From the NCBI GenBank assembly GCA_964016885.1, contig CAXHJY010000105.1, positions 310,001 through 374,000 of the forward strand: a stretch of DNA of 64,000 nt, written 5' to 3'. This DNA comes from Eledone cirrhosa. Its lineage: Eukaryota. Made by a program: the position numbers and the translations under genes. The stretch's first letter is position 1; each line of letters opens with the position of its first letter. The notes under the pieces are model-generated. The model made no database searches. It saw only the letters and a list, made by a program, of their open reading frames with translations, and was not told the DNA's origin. This document shows, piece by piece, positions 13,327-25,800 of the stretch.

Positions 13327-13542
13327 GTACAGAAAACATCATCCGTGCCTGTATTGGACTGAGTATACCTCAACTGATCTTCTGTAGTACAGTAGATGTT
13401 GTTATAGGACATAATGACATAGTTGATGGTACCGAGGACAACACAAGTCTGCCATCTCGCTTCCTTTTTCCTGGTTACCCACAAACTAAACATGAGGCAG
13501 AAGTTTTAGTCTGTAGAGCAGATGGATCACGTCTGGCAAATG
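13327..13542 (+). CDS. HSD3B: 3-beta-hydroxysteroid dehydrogenase/isomerase family (extended SDR); internal 216-nt coding exon carrying the catalytic YxxxK
   Basis: Translates (G)TENIIRACIGLSIPQLIFCSTVDVVIGHNDIVDGTEDNTSLPSRFLFPGYPQTKHEAEVLVCRADGSRLAN(G). Aligns by eye to vertebrate HSD3B GTQLLLEAC...FIYTSS...YPHSKKLAEKAVLAANG. Bounded by CAG| and G|GTAAGA, phase 1 at both ends. Symbol is family-level only. Confidence 0.92.
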
Positions 13543-13714
13543 GTAAGAAAAAGATTTTCACTCTCCTATTCTTTCATCTCTCTCTCTCTCTCATATTCCA
13601 TTGAAAAGACTCCTTTACCGGGGTCGAATTTGTTCTACAAGACCAAGGGAACAATGTTTCCATTAGTCTTTCAATTGCTTATACTATCTGCTGGTCATAA
13701 CTCCTGGCAGAAAG

Positions 13715-13821
13715 AGTGTGAAATAAAGTATCTTGCTCAAGGACATACCACATCACGCTGTCTAGGAATCAAACTCACAACCTCACCATTGTCAATCTAA
13801 TTCTCTAACCACTGAACCACC
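13715..13821 (-). mobile_element. tRNA-derived SINE 5' fragment
   Basis: Minus strand reads GGTGGTTCAGTGGTTAGAG (A-box-like), GTGAGTTTGATTCC (B-box-like), then TGTCCTTGAGCAAGATACTTTATTTCAC. Related copies occur at about 39805-39830 and 40590-40615. Confidence 0.75.
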
Positions 13822-13896
13822 GACTTTTACTGATTTAATCAACTAAATCTTCTCAAGTGTTTGGCATTGCAATATCTGTTAGGTTGGTTTGTTGTT

Positions 13897-16800
13897 GGTG
13901 GTGGTGGTGGTGGTGGTGGTGGTGGTGTGGTAGTTAATGGTGGTGGTGGGGGTCAATGGTGGTGGTGGTGTGGTAGTCAATGATGGTGGTGGTGGTGGTG
14001 TGGTAGTCAATGGTGGTGGTGGTGGTGATGTGGTAGTCAATGGTGGTGGTGGTGGTGTGGTAGTCAATGGTGGTGATGGTGGTGGTGGTGTGGTAGTCAA
14101 TGGTGGTGGTGGTGGTGGTGTGGTAGTCAGTGGTGGTGGTGTGGTAGTCAATGGTGGTGGTGGTGGTGGTGTGGTACTCAATGGTGGTGGTGTGGTAGTG
14201 TGGTAGTCAATGGTGGTGGTGGTGGTGTGGTAGTCAATTGTGGTGGTGGTGGTGGTGTGGTAGTCAATTGTGGTGGTGGTGGTGTGGTAGTCAATTGTGG
14301 TGGTGGTGGTGTGGTAGTCAATAGTGGTGGTGGTGGTGTGGTAGTCAATTGTGGTGGTGGTGGTGGTGGTGTGGTAGTCAATTGTGGTGGTGGTGGTGTG
14401 GTAGTCAATGGTGGTGGTGGTGTGGTAGTCAATTGTGGTGGTGGTGGTGTGGTAGTCAATGGTGGTGGTGATGTGGTAGTCAATGGTGGTGGTGGTGGTG
14501 TGGTAGTCAATGGTGGTGGTGGTGTGGTAGTCAATGGTGGCGGTGGTGGTGGTGGTGTGGTAGTCAATTGTGGTGGTGGTGGTGGTGTGGTAGTCAATTG
14601 TGGTGGTGGTAGTGGTGGTGTGGTAGTCAATTGTGGTGGTGGTGGTGTGGTAGTCAATAGTGGTGGTGGTGGTGTGGTAGTCAATGGTGGTGGTGGTGTG
14701 GTAGTCAATGGTGGCGGTGGTGGTGTGGTAGTCAATGGTGGTGGTGGTGTGGTAGTCAATGGTGGTGGTGGTGGTGTGGTAGTCAATGGTGGTGGTGGTG
14801 GTGTGGTAGTCAATAGTGGTGGTGGTGGTGTGGTAGTCAATGGTGGTGGTGGTGTGGTAGTCAATGGTGGCGGTGGTGGTGTGGTAGTCAATGGTGGTGG
14901 TGGTGTGGTAGTCAATTGTGGTGGTGGTGGTGGTGGTGTGGTAGTCAATTGTGGTGGTGGTGGTGGTGTGGTAGTCAATTGTGGTGGTGGTGGTGGTGGT
15001 GTGGTAGTCAATTGTGGTGGTGGTGGTGTGGTAGTCAATTGTGGTGGTGGTGGTGTGGTAGTCAATTGTGGTGGTGGTGGTGTGGTAGTCAATAGTGGTG
15101 GTGGTGGTGTGGTAGTCAATTGTGGTGGTGGTGGTGGTGGTGGTGGTGTGGTAGTCAATGGTGGTGGTGGTGGTGTGCTAGTCAATTGTGGTGGTGGTGG
15201 TGTGGTAGTCAATGGTGGTGGTGGTGGTGTGGTAGTCAATGGTGGTGGTGATGTGGTAGTCAATGGTGGTGGTGGTGGTGTGGTAGTCAATGGTGGTGGT
15301 GGTGAGGTAGTCAATGGTGGTGGTGGTGTGGTAGTCAATGGTGGTGGTGATGTGGTAGTCAATGGTGGTGGTGGTGGTGTGGTAGTCAATGGTGGTGGTG
15401 GTGTGGTAGTCAATGGTGGTGGTGGTGGTTTGGTAGTCAATGGTGGTGGTGGTGGTGTGGTAGTCAATGGTGGTGGTGGTGGTGTGGTAGTCAATGGTGG
15501 TGGTTGTGGTGTGGTAGTCAATGGTGGTGGTGGTGGTGTGGTAGTCAATGGTGGTGGTGGTGGTGTGGTAGTCAATGGTGGTGGTGGTGAGGTAGTCAAT
15601 GGTGGTGGTGGTGGTGTGGTAGTCAATGGTGGGGTGGTGAGGTAGTCAATGGTGGTGGTGGTGTGGTAGTCAATGGTGGTGGTGGTGGTGTGGTAGTCAA
15701 TGGTGGTGGTGGTGGTGTGGTAGTCAATGGTGGTGGTGGTGGTGGTGTGGTAGACAATGGTGGTGGTGGTGGTGTGGTAGTCAATGGTGGTGGTGGTGGT
15801 GTGGTAGTCAATGGTGGTGGTGGTGGTGGTGTGGTAGTCAATGGTGGTGGTGGTGGTGTGGTAGTCAATGGTGGTGGTTGTGGTGTGGTAGTCAATGGTG
15901 GTGGTGGTGGTGTGGTAGTCAATAGTGGTGGTGGTGGTGTGGTAGTCAATGGTGGTGGTGGTGGTGTGGTAGTCAATGGTGGTGGTGGTGGTGTGGTAGT
16001 CAATGGTGGTGGTGGTGGTGTGGTAGTCAATAGTGGTGTTGGTGGTGTGGTAGTCAATGGTGGTGGTGGTGTGGTAGTCAATGTTGGCGGTGGTGATGTG
16101 GTAGTCAATGGTGGTGGTGGTGTGGTAGTCAATTGTGGTGGTGGTGGTGTGGTAGTCAATGGTGGTGGTGGTGTGGTAGTCAATGGTGGTGGTGGTGTGG
16201 TAGTCAATGGTGGTGGTTGTGGTGAGGTAGTCAATGGTGGTGGTGGTGTGGTAGTCAATGGTGGTGGTGGTGTGGTAGTCAATGGTGGTGGTGGTGTGGT
16301 AGTCAATTGTTGTGGTGGTGGTGTGGTAGTCAATTGTGGTGGTGGTGGTGTGGTAGTCAATGGTGGTGGTGGTGTGGTAGTCAATGGTGGTGGTGGTGGT
16401 GTGGTAGTCAATTGTGGTGGTGGTGGTGTGGTAGTCAATGGTGGTGGTGGTGGTGTGGTAGTCAATGGTGGTGGTGGTGGTGTGGTAGTCAATGGTGGTG
16501 GTGGTGTGGTAGTCAATTGTGGTGGTGGTGGTGTGGTAGTCAATGGTGGTGGTGGTGTGGTAGTCAATGGTGGTGGTGGTGTGGTAGTCAATGGTGGTGG
16601 TGGTGGTGAGGTAGTCAATGGTGGTGGTGGTGGTGTGGTAGTCAATGGTGGTGGTGGTGGTGTGGTAGTCAATAGTGGTGGTGGTGGTGTGGTAGTCAAT
16701 GGTGGTGGTGTTGTGGTAGTCAATTGTGGTGGTGGTGGTGTGGTAGTCAATGGTGGTGGTGGTGTGGTAGTCAATGGTGGTGGTGGTGTGGTAGTCAATG

Positions 16801-19800
16801 GTGGTGGTGGTGGTGAGGTAGTCAATGGTGGTGGTGGTGTGGTAGTCAATGGTGGTGGTGGTGTGGTAGTCAATTGTGGTGGTGGTGGTGTGGTAGTCAA
16901 TGGTGGTGGTGGTGGTGAGGTAGTCAATGGTGATGGTGGTGGTGTGGTAGTCAATTGTGGTGGTGGTGGTGTGGTAGTCAATGGTGGTGGTGGTGGTGAG
17001 GTAGTCAATGGTGATGGTGGGGGTGTGGTAGTCAATAGTGGTGGTGGTGGTGTGGTAGTCAATGGTGGTGGTGGTGGTGGTGTGGTAGTCAATGGTGGTG
17101 GTGGTGGTGTGGTAGTCAATGGTGGTGGTGGTGTGGTAGTCAATTGTGGTGGTGGTGGTGTGGTAGTCAATGGTGGTGGTGGTGGTGTGGTAGTCAATGG
17201 TGGTGGTGGTGGTGAGGTAGTCAATGGTGGTGGTGGTGTGGTAGTCAATGGTGGTGGTGGTGGTGTGGTGGTCAATGGTGGTGGTGGTGGTGGTGTGGTA
17301 GTCAATGGTGGTGGTGGTGGTGGTGGTGTGGTAGTCAATGGTGGTGGTGTGGTAGTCAATGGTGGTGGTGGTGTGGTAGTCAATTGTGGTGGTGGTGGTG
17401 TGGTAGTCAATGGTGGTGGTGGTGGTGGTGTGGTAGTCAATGGTGGTGGTGGTGGTGAGGTAGTCAATGGTGGTGGTGGTGGTGTGGTAGTCAATGGTGG
17501 TGGTGGTGTGGTAGTCAATGGTGGTGGTGGTGGTGTGGTAGTCAATGGTGGTGGTGGTGTGGTAGTCAATGGTGGTGGTGGTGGTGTGGTAGTCAATGGT
17601 GGTGGTGGTGGTGTGGTAGTCAATGGTGGTGGTGGTGGTGGTGTGGTAGTCAATGGTGGTGGTGGTGGTGTGGTAGTCAATGGTGGCGGTGGTGATGTGG
17701 TAGTCAATGGTGGTGGTGGTGGTGTGGTAGTCAATGGTGGCGGTGGTGATGTGGTAGTCAATGGTGGTGGTGGTGGTGGTGTGGTAGTCAATGGTGGTGG
17801 TGGTGTGGTAGTCAATGGTGGCGGTGGTGATGTGGTAGTCAATGGTGGTGGTGGTGGTGTGGTAGTCAATGGTGGTGGTGGTGGTGAGGTAGTCAATGGT
17901 GGTGGTGGTGGTGTGGTAGTCAATGGTGGTGGTGGTGTGGTAGTCAATGGTGGTGGTGGTGGTGAGGTAGTCAATGGTGGTGGTGGTGGTGAGGTAGTCA
18001 ATGGTGGTGTTGGTGTGGTAGTCAATGGTGGTGGTGGTGGTGGTGTGGTAGTCAATGATGGTGGTGGTGAGGTAGTCAATGGTGGTGGTGGTGGTGGTGG
18101 TAGTCAATGGTGGTGGTGGTGTGGTAGTCAATGGTGGTGGTGGTGGTGATGTAGTCAATGGTGGTGGTGGTGGTGTGGTAGTCAATGGTTGTTGTGGTGG
18201 TGTGGTAGTCAATGGTGGTGGTGGTGTGGTAGTCAATGGTGGCGGTGGTGATGTGGTAGTCAATGGTGGTGGTGGTGGTGGTGTGGTAGTCAATGGTGGT
18301 GGTGGTGGTGGTGTGGGGTAGTCAATGGTGGTGGTGGTGGTGGTGTGGTAGTCAATGGTGGTGGTGGTGGTGGTGTGGTAGTCAATGGTGGTGGTGGTGG
18401 TGTGGTAGTCAATGGTGGTGGTGGTAGTCAATGGTGGTGGTGGGGGTGTGGTAGACAATGGTGGTGGTGGTGTGGTAGACAATGGTGGTGGTGGTGGTGT
18501 GGTAGTCAATGGCGGTGGTGGTGGCAGTCAATGGTGGTGGTGGTGGTGGTAGTCAATGGTGGTGGTGGTGGTGTGTTAGACAATGGTGGTGGTGGTGTGG
18601 TAGACAATGGTGGTGGTGGTGGTGTGGTAGTCAATGGTGGTGGTGGTGGCAGTCAATGGTGGTGGTGGTGGTGGTAGTCAATGGTGGTGGTGGTTGTGGT
18701 GTGGTAGTCAATGGTGGTGGTGGTGGTGTGGTAGTCAATGGTGGTGGTGGTGTGGCAGTCAATGGTGGTGGTGGTGGTGTGGTAGTCAATGGTAGTGGTG
18801 GTGGTGGTGTGGTAGTCAATGGTGGTGGTGGTGGTGGTGTGTGGTAGTCAATGGTGGTGGTGGTGGTGTGGTAGTCAATGGTGGTGGTGGTGGTGGTGTG
18901 GTAGTCAATAGTGGTGGTGGTGGTGGTGTGGTAGTCAATGGTGGTGGTGGTGGTGTGGTAGTCAATTGTGGTGGTGGTGTGGTAGTCAATGGTGGTGGTG
19001 GTGGTGTGGTAGTCAATTGTGGTGGTGGTGTGGTAGTCAATGGTGGTGGTGGTGATGTGGTAGTCAATGGTGGTGGTGGTGGTGTGGTAGTCAATGGTGG
19101 TGGTGGTGGTGGTGGTGTGGTAGTCAATGGTGGTTGTGTGGTAGTCAATGGTGGTGGTGGTGTGGTAGTCAATGGTGGTGGTGGTGTGGTAGTCAATGGT
19201 GGTGGTGGTGGTGGTGTGGTAGTCAATGGTGGTGGTGGTGGTGGTGTGGTAGTCAATGGTGGTGGTGGTGGTGGTGTGGTAGTCAATGGTCGTGGTGGTG
19301 GTGGTGTGGTAGTCAATGGTGGTGGTGGTGTGGTAGTCAATGGTGGTGGTGGTGGTGTGGTAGTCAATGGTGGTGGTGGTGGTGTGGTAGTCAATGGTGG
19401 TGGTGGTGTGGTAGTCAATGGTGGTGGTGGTGGTGGTGTGTGGTAGTCAATGGTGGTGGTGGTGGTGGTGTGGTAGTCAATGGTGGTGGTGGTGGTGTGG
19501 TAGTCAATGGTGGTGGTGGTGTGGTAGTCAATGGTGGTGGTGGTGGTGTGGTAGTCAATGGTGGTGGTGGTGTGGTAGTCAATGGTGGTGGTGGTGTGGT
19601 AGTCAATGGTGGCGGTGGTGGTGGTGTGGTAGTCAATGGTGGCGGTGGTGGTGGTGTGGTAGTCAATGGTGGTGGTGGTGGTGGTGTGGTAGTCAATGGT
19701 GGTGGTGGTGGTGGTGTGTGGTGGTCAATGGTGGTGGTGGTGGTGTGGTAGTCAATGGTGGTGGTGGTGGTGGTGTGGTAGTCAATGGTGGTGGTGGTGT

Positions 19801-22800
19801 GGTAGTCAATGGTGGTGGTGGTGGTGGTGTGGTAGTCAATGGTGGTGGTGGTGTGGTAGTCAATGGTGGTGGTGGTGGTGTGGTAGACAATGGTGGTGGT
19901 GGTGGTGGTGTGGTAGTCAATGGTGGTGGTGGTGGTGGTGTGGTAGTCAATAGTGGGGGTGGTGAGGTAGTCAATGGTGGTGGTGGTGGTGTGGTAGTCA
20001 ATGGTGGTGGTGATGTGGTAGTCAATGGTGGTGGTGGTGGTGAGGTAGTCAATGGTGGTGGTGGTGGTGTGGTAGTCAATGGTGGTGGTGGTAGTGTGGT
20101 AGTCAATGGTGGTGGTGGTGATGTGGTAGTCAATGGTGGTGGTGGTGGTGGTGTGGTAGTGTGGTAGTCAATAGTGGGGGTGGTGAGGTAGTCAATGGTG
20201 GTGGTGGTGGTGTGGTAGTCAATGGTGGTGGTGATGAGGTAGTCAATGGTGGTGGTGGTGGTGTGGTAGTCAATGGTGGTGGTGTGGTAGTCATTGGTGG
20301 TGCTGGTGTGGTAGTCAATGGTGGTGGTGGTGTGGTAGTCAATGGTGGAGGTGGTGGTGGTGAGGTAGTCAATGGTGGTGGTGGTGGTGTGGTAGTCAAT
20401 GGTGGTGGTGGTGTAGTAGTCAATGGTGGCGGTGGTGGTGGTGTGGTAGTAAATGGTGGTAGTGTGGTAGTCAATGGTGGTGGTGGTGGTGTGGTAGTCA
20501 ATTGTGGTGGTGGTGGTGTGGTAGTCAATGGTGGTGGTGGTGTGGTAGTCAATGGTGGCGGTGGTGGTGGTGTGGTAGTAAATGGTGGTGGTGGTGGTGT
20601 GGTAGTCAATGGTGGTGGTGGTGGTGTGGTAGTCAATGGTGGTGGTGGTGGTGTGGTAGTCAATGGTGGTGGTGGTGTGGTAGTCAATGGTGGTGGTGGT
20701 GGTGGTGGTAGTCAATGGTGGTGGTGGTGGTGGTGTGTGGTAGTCAATGGTGGTGGTGGTGGTGGTGGTGTGGTAGTCAATGGTGGTGGTGGTGTGGTAG
20801 TCAATGGTGGTGGTGGTGTGGTAGTCAATGGTGGTGGTGGTGGTGTGCTAGTCAATGGTGGTGGTGGTGTGGTAGTCAATGGTGGTGGTGGTGTGGTAGT
20901 CAATGGTGGTGGTGGTGTGGTAGTCAATGGTTGTGGTGGTGGTGGTGTGTGGTAGTCAATGGTGGTGGTGGTGGTGTGGTAGTCAATAGTGGTGGTGGTG
21001 TGGTAGTCAATGGTGGTGGTGGTGTGGTAGTCAATGGTGGTGGTGGTGGTGTGGTAGTCAATGGTGGTGAGGTAGTCAATGGTGGTGGTGGTGGTGAGGT
21101 AGTCAATGGTGGTGGTGGTGGTGTGGTAGTCAATGGTGGTGGTGGTGTGATAGTCAATGGTGGTGGTGGTGAGGTAGTCAATGGTGGTGGTGTTGTGGTA
21201 GTCAATGGTGGTGGTGGTGGTAGTCAATGGTGGTGGTGGTGTGGTAGTCAATGGTGGTGGTGGTGGTGGTAGTCAATGGTGGTGGTGGTGTGGTAGTCAA
21301 TGGTGGTGGTGTTGTGGTAGTCAATGGTGGTGGTGGTGGTGGTAGTCAATGGTGGTGGTGTTGTGGTAGTCAATGGTGGTCAATGGTGGTGGTGGTGTGG
21401 TAGTCAATGGTGGTGGTGGTGGTGGTAGTCAATGGTGGTGGTGGTGGTGGTAGTCAATGGTGGTGGTGTTGTGGTAGTCAATGGTGGTGGTGGTGGTGGT
21501 GTGGTAGTCAATGGTGGTGGTGGTGTGGTAGTCAATGGTGGTGGTGGTGGTGGTGGTGTTGTGGTAGTCAATGGTGGTGGTGTTGTGGTAGTCAATGGTG
21601 GTGGTGGTGGTGGTAGTCAATGGTGGTGGTGGTGTTGTGGTAGTCAATGGTGGTGGTGGTGGTGGTAGTCAATGGTGGTGGTGGTGTGGTAGTCAATGGT
21701 GGTGGTGGTGGTGGTGGTAGTCAATGGTGGTGGTGGTGGTGTGGTAGTCAATGGTGGTGGTGGTGGTGTGGTAGTCAATGGTGGTGGTGGTGGTGTGGTA
21801 GTCAATGGTGGTGGTGGTGGTGTGGTAGTCAATGGTGGTGGTGGTGAGGTAGTCAATGGTGGTGGTGGTGGTGTGGTAGACAATTGTGGTGGTGGTGTGG
21901 TAGTCAATGGTGGTGGTGGTGTGGTAGTCAATGGTGGTGGTGGTGGTGTGGTAGTCAATGGTGGTGGTGGTGGTGTGGTAGTCAATGGTGGTGGTGGTGG
22001 TGGTGGTAGTCAATGGTGGTGGTGGTGGTGTGGTAGTCAATGGTGGTGGTGGTGGTGTGGTAGTCAATGGTGGTGGTGGTGGTGTGGTAGTCAATGGTGG
22101 TGGTGGTGGTGTGGTAGTCAATGGTGGTGGTGGTGGTGAGGTAGTCAATGGTGGTGGTGGTGGTGTGGTAGACAATTGTGGTGGTGGTGTGGTAGTCAAT
22201 GGTGGTGGTGGTGGTGGTGTGGGAGTCAATGGTGGTGGTGGTGGTGAGGTAGTCAATGGTGGTGGTGGTGGTGTGGTAGTCAATGGTGGTGGTGGTGGTG
22301 GTGGTAGTCAATGGTGGTGGTGATGGTGTGGTAGTCAATGGTGGTGGTGGTGGTGTGGTAGTCAATGGTGGTGGTGGTGAGGTAGTCAATGGTGGTGGTG
22401 GTGGTGTGGTAGACAATGGTGGTGGTGGTGGTGTGGTAGTCAATGGTGGTGGTGGTGGTGGTAGTCAATGGTGGTGGTGGTGGTGGTAGTCAATGGTGGT
22501 GGTGGTGGTAGTCAATGGTGGTGGTGGTGTGGTAGTCAATGGTGGTGGTTGTGGTGTGGTAGTCAATGGTGGTGGTGGTGGTGAGGTAGTCAATGGTGGT
22601 GGTGGTGGTGTGGTAGTCAATGGTGGTGGTGGTGATGTGGTAGTCAATGGTGGTGGTGGTGAGGTAGTCAATGGTGGTGGTGGTGGTGTGTTAGACAATG
22701 GTGGTGGTGGTGTGGTAGTCAATGGTGGTGGTGGTGGTGTGGTGGTCAATGGTGGTGGTGGTGGTGTGGTAGACAATGGTGGTGGTGGTGGTAGATGTGG

Positions 22801-25800
22801 TAGTCAATGGTGGTGGTGGTGTGGTAGACAATGGTGGTGGTGGTGTGGTAGTCAATGGTGGTGGTGGTGTGGTAGTCAATGGTGGTGGTGGTGTTGTGGT
22901 AGACAATGGTGGTGGTGGTGTGATAGTCAATGGTGGTGGTGGGGGTGTGGTAGTCAATTGTGGTGGTGGTGGTGTGGTAGTCAATGGTGGTGGTGTGGTA
23001 GTCAATGGTGGTGGTGGTGTGGTAGTCAATGGTGGTGGTGGTGGTGTGGTAGTCAATGGTGGTGGTGGTGGTGGTAGTCAATGGTGGAGGTGGTGGTGGT
23101 AGTCAATGGTGGTGGTGGTGGTGTGGTAGTCAATGGTGGTGGTGGTGTGGTAGTCAATGGTGGTGGTGGTGGTGTGGTAGTCAATGGTGGTGGTGGTGGT
23201 GGTAGTCAATGGTGGAGGTGGTGGTGGTAGTCAATGGTGGTGGTGGTGGTGTGGTAGACAATGGTGGTGGTGGTGGTGTGGTAGACAATGGTGGTGGTGG
23301 TGAGGTAGTCAATGGTGGTGGTGGTGGTGTGGTAGTCAATGGTGGTGGTGGTGGTGGTAGTCAATGGTCGTGGTGGTGGTGTGGTAGACAATGGTGGTGG
23401 TGGTGGTGTGGTAGTCAATGGTGGTGGTGGTGTGGTAGTCAATGGTGGTGGTGGTGGTGGTGTGGTAGTCAATGGTGGTGGTGGTGGTGTGGTAGTCAAT
23501 GGTGGTGGTGGTGTGGTAGTCAATGGTGGTGGTGGTGGTGTGGTAGTCAATGGTGGTGGTGGTGGTGGTGTGGTAGTCAATGGTGGTGGTGGTGTGGTAG
23601 TCAATGGTGGTGGTGGTGGTGTGGTAGTCAATGGTGGTGGTGGTGGTGTGGTAGTCAATGGTGGTGGTGGTGGTGTGGTAGTCAATGGTGGTGGTGGTGG
23701 TGTGGTAGTCAATGGTGGTGTTGGTGGTGTGGTAGTAAATGGTGGTGGTGGTGGTGGTAGTCAATGGTGGTGGTGGTGGTGTGGTAGTCAATGGTGGTGG
23801 TGGTGGTGGTGGTAGTCAATGGTGGTGGTGGTGGTGGTAGTCAATGGTGGTGGTGGTGGTGGTGTGGTAGACAATGGTGGTGGTGGTGGTGTGGTAGTAA
23901 ATGGTGGTGGTGGTGTTGTGGTAGTCAATGGTGGTGGTGGTGGTGTGGTAGTCAATGGTGGTGGTGGTGGTGTGGTAGTAAATGGTGGTGGTGGTGTTGT
24001 GGTAGTCAATGGTGGTGGTGGTGGTGTGGTAGTAAATGGTGGTGGTGGTGGTGGTAGTCAATGGTGGTGGTGGTGGTGTGGTAGTCAATGGTGGTGGTGG
24101 TGGTGGTGGTAGTCAATGGTGGTGGTGGTGGTGTGGTAGTCAATGGTGGTGGTGGTGGTGAGGTAGTCAATGGTGATGGTGGTGGTGTGGTAGTCAATGG
24201 TGGTGGTGGTGGTGTGGTAGTCAATGGTGGTGTTGGTGGTGTGGTAGTCAATGGTGGTGGTGGTGTGGTAGTCAATGGTGGTGGTGGTGTGGTAGTCAAT
24301 GGTGGTGGTGGTGTGGTAGTCAATGGTGGTGGTGGTGGTGTGGTAGTCAATGGTGGTGGTGGTGGTGATAGTCAATGGTGGAGGTGGTGGTGGTAGTCAA
24401 TGGTGGTGGTGGTGGTGTGGTAGACAATGGTGGTGGTGGTGGTGTGGTAGACAATGGTGGTGGTGGTGAGGTAGTCAATGGTGGTGGTGGTGGTGGTAGT
24501 CAATGGTGGAGGTGGTGGTGGTAGTCAATGGTGGTGGTGGTGGTGTGGTAGACAATGGTGGTGGTGGTGGTGTGGTAGACAATGGTGGTGGTGGTGAGGT
24601 AGTCAATGGTGGTGGTGGTGGTGTGGTAGTCAATGGTGGTGGTGGTGGTGGTAGTCAATGGTGGTGGTGGTGGTGTGGTAGACAATGGTGGTGGTGGTGT
24701 GGTAGACAATGGTGGTGGTGGTGGTGTGGTAGTCAATGGTGGTGGTGGTGGCAGTCAATGGTGGTGGTGGTGGTGTGGTACAATGGTGGTGGTGGTGGTG
24801 GTCAATGGTGGTGGTGGTGGTGGTCAATGGTGGTGGTGGTGGTGGTAGTCAATGGTGGTGGTGGTGGTGGTAGTCAATGGTGGTGGTGGTGGTAGTCAAT
24901 GTTGGTGGTGGTGGTAGTCAATGGTGGTGGTGGTGGTGGTAGTCAATGGTGGTGGTGGTGGTGGTAGTCAATGGTGGTGGTGGTGTGGTAGTCAATGGTG
25001 GTGGTGGTGAGGTAGTCAATGGTGGTGGTGGTGGTGGTAGTCAATGGTGGTGGTGGTGGTGGTAGTCAATGGTGGTGGTGGTGTGGTAGTCAATGGTGGT
25101 GGTGGTGGTAGTCAATGGTGGTGGTGGTGGTGTGGTAGACAATGGTGGTGGTGGTGTGGTAGTCAATGGTGGTGGTGGTGGTGTGGTAGTCAATGGTGGT
25201 GGTGGTGGTGGTAGTCAATGGTGGTGGTGGTGGTGGTAGTCAATGGTGGTGATGGTGTGGTAGTCAATGGTGGTGGTGGTGTGGTAGTCAATGGTGGTGG
25301 TGGTGGTGGTGTGGTAGACAATGGTGGTGGTGGTGTGGTAGTCAATGGTGGTGGTGGTGGTGTGGTAGTCAATGGTGGTGGTGGTGGTGGTGTGGTAGTC
25401 AATGGTGGTGGTGGTGGTGGTGTGGTAGACAATGGTGGTGGTGGTGTGGTAGTCAATGGTGGTGGTGGTGGTGTGGTAGTCAATGGTGGTGGTGGTGGTG
25501 GTGTGGTAGTCAATGGTGGTGGTGGTGGTGGTGTGGTAGTCAATGGTGGTGGTGGTGTGGTAGTCAATGGTGGTGGTGGTGTGCTAGTCAATGGTGGTGG
25601 TGGTGTGGTAGTCAATGGTGGTGGTGGGGTTGTGGTAGTCAATGGTGGTGGTGGTGGTGGTGGTAGTCAATGGTGGCGGTGGTGGTGTGGTAGTCAATGG
25701 TGGTGGTGGTGGTGTGGTAGTCAATGGTGGTGGTGGTGTGGTAGTCAATGGTGGTGGTGGTGGTAGTCAATGGTGGTGGTGGTGTGGTAGTCAATGGTGG

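Noticed and set aside
53-13493. Very long His/Thr/Leu/Ser-rich ORFs (up to 2456 aa) on the minus strand, and ECVYVREGG ORFs on the plus strand
   Set aside because: The 42-bp unit has no stop in any minus-strand frame. The ORFs wander between frames at indels and lie inside an intron.
13760-13821. Possible tRNA genes at A/B-box-like motifs (also near 35775 and 43200)
   Set aside because: No cloverleaf can be folded, and the motifs continue into SINE bodies.
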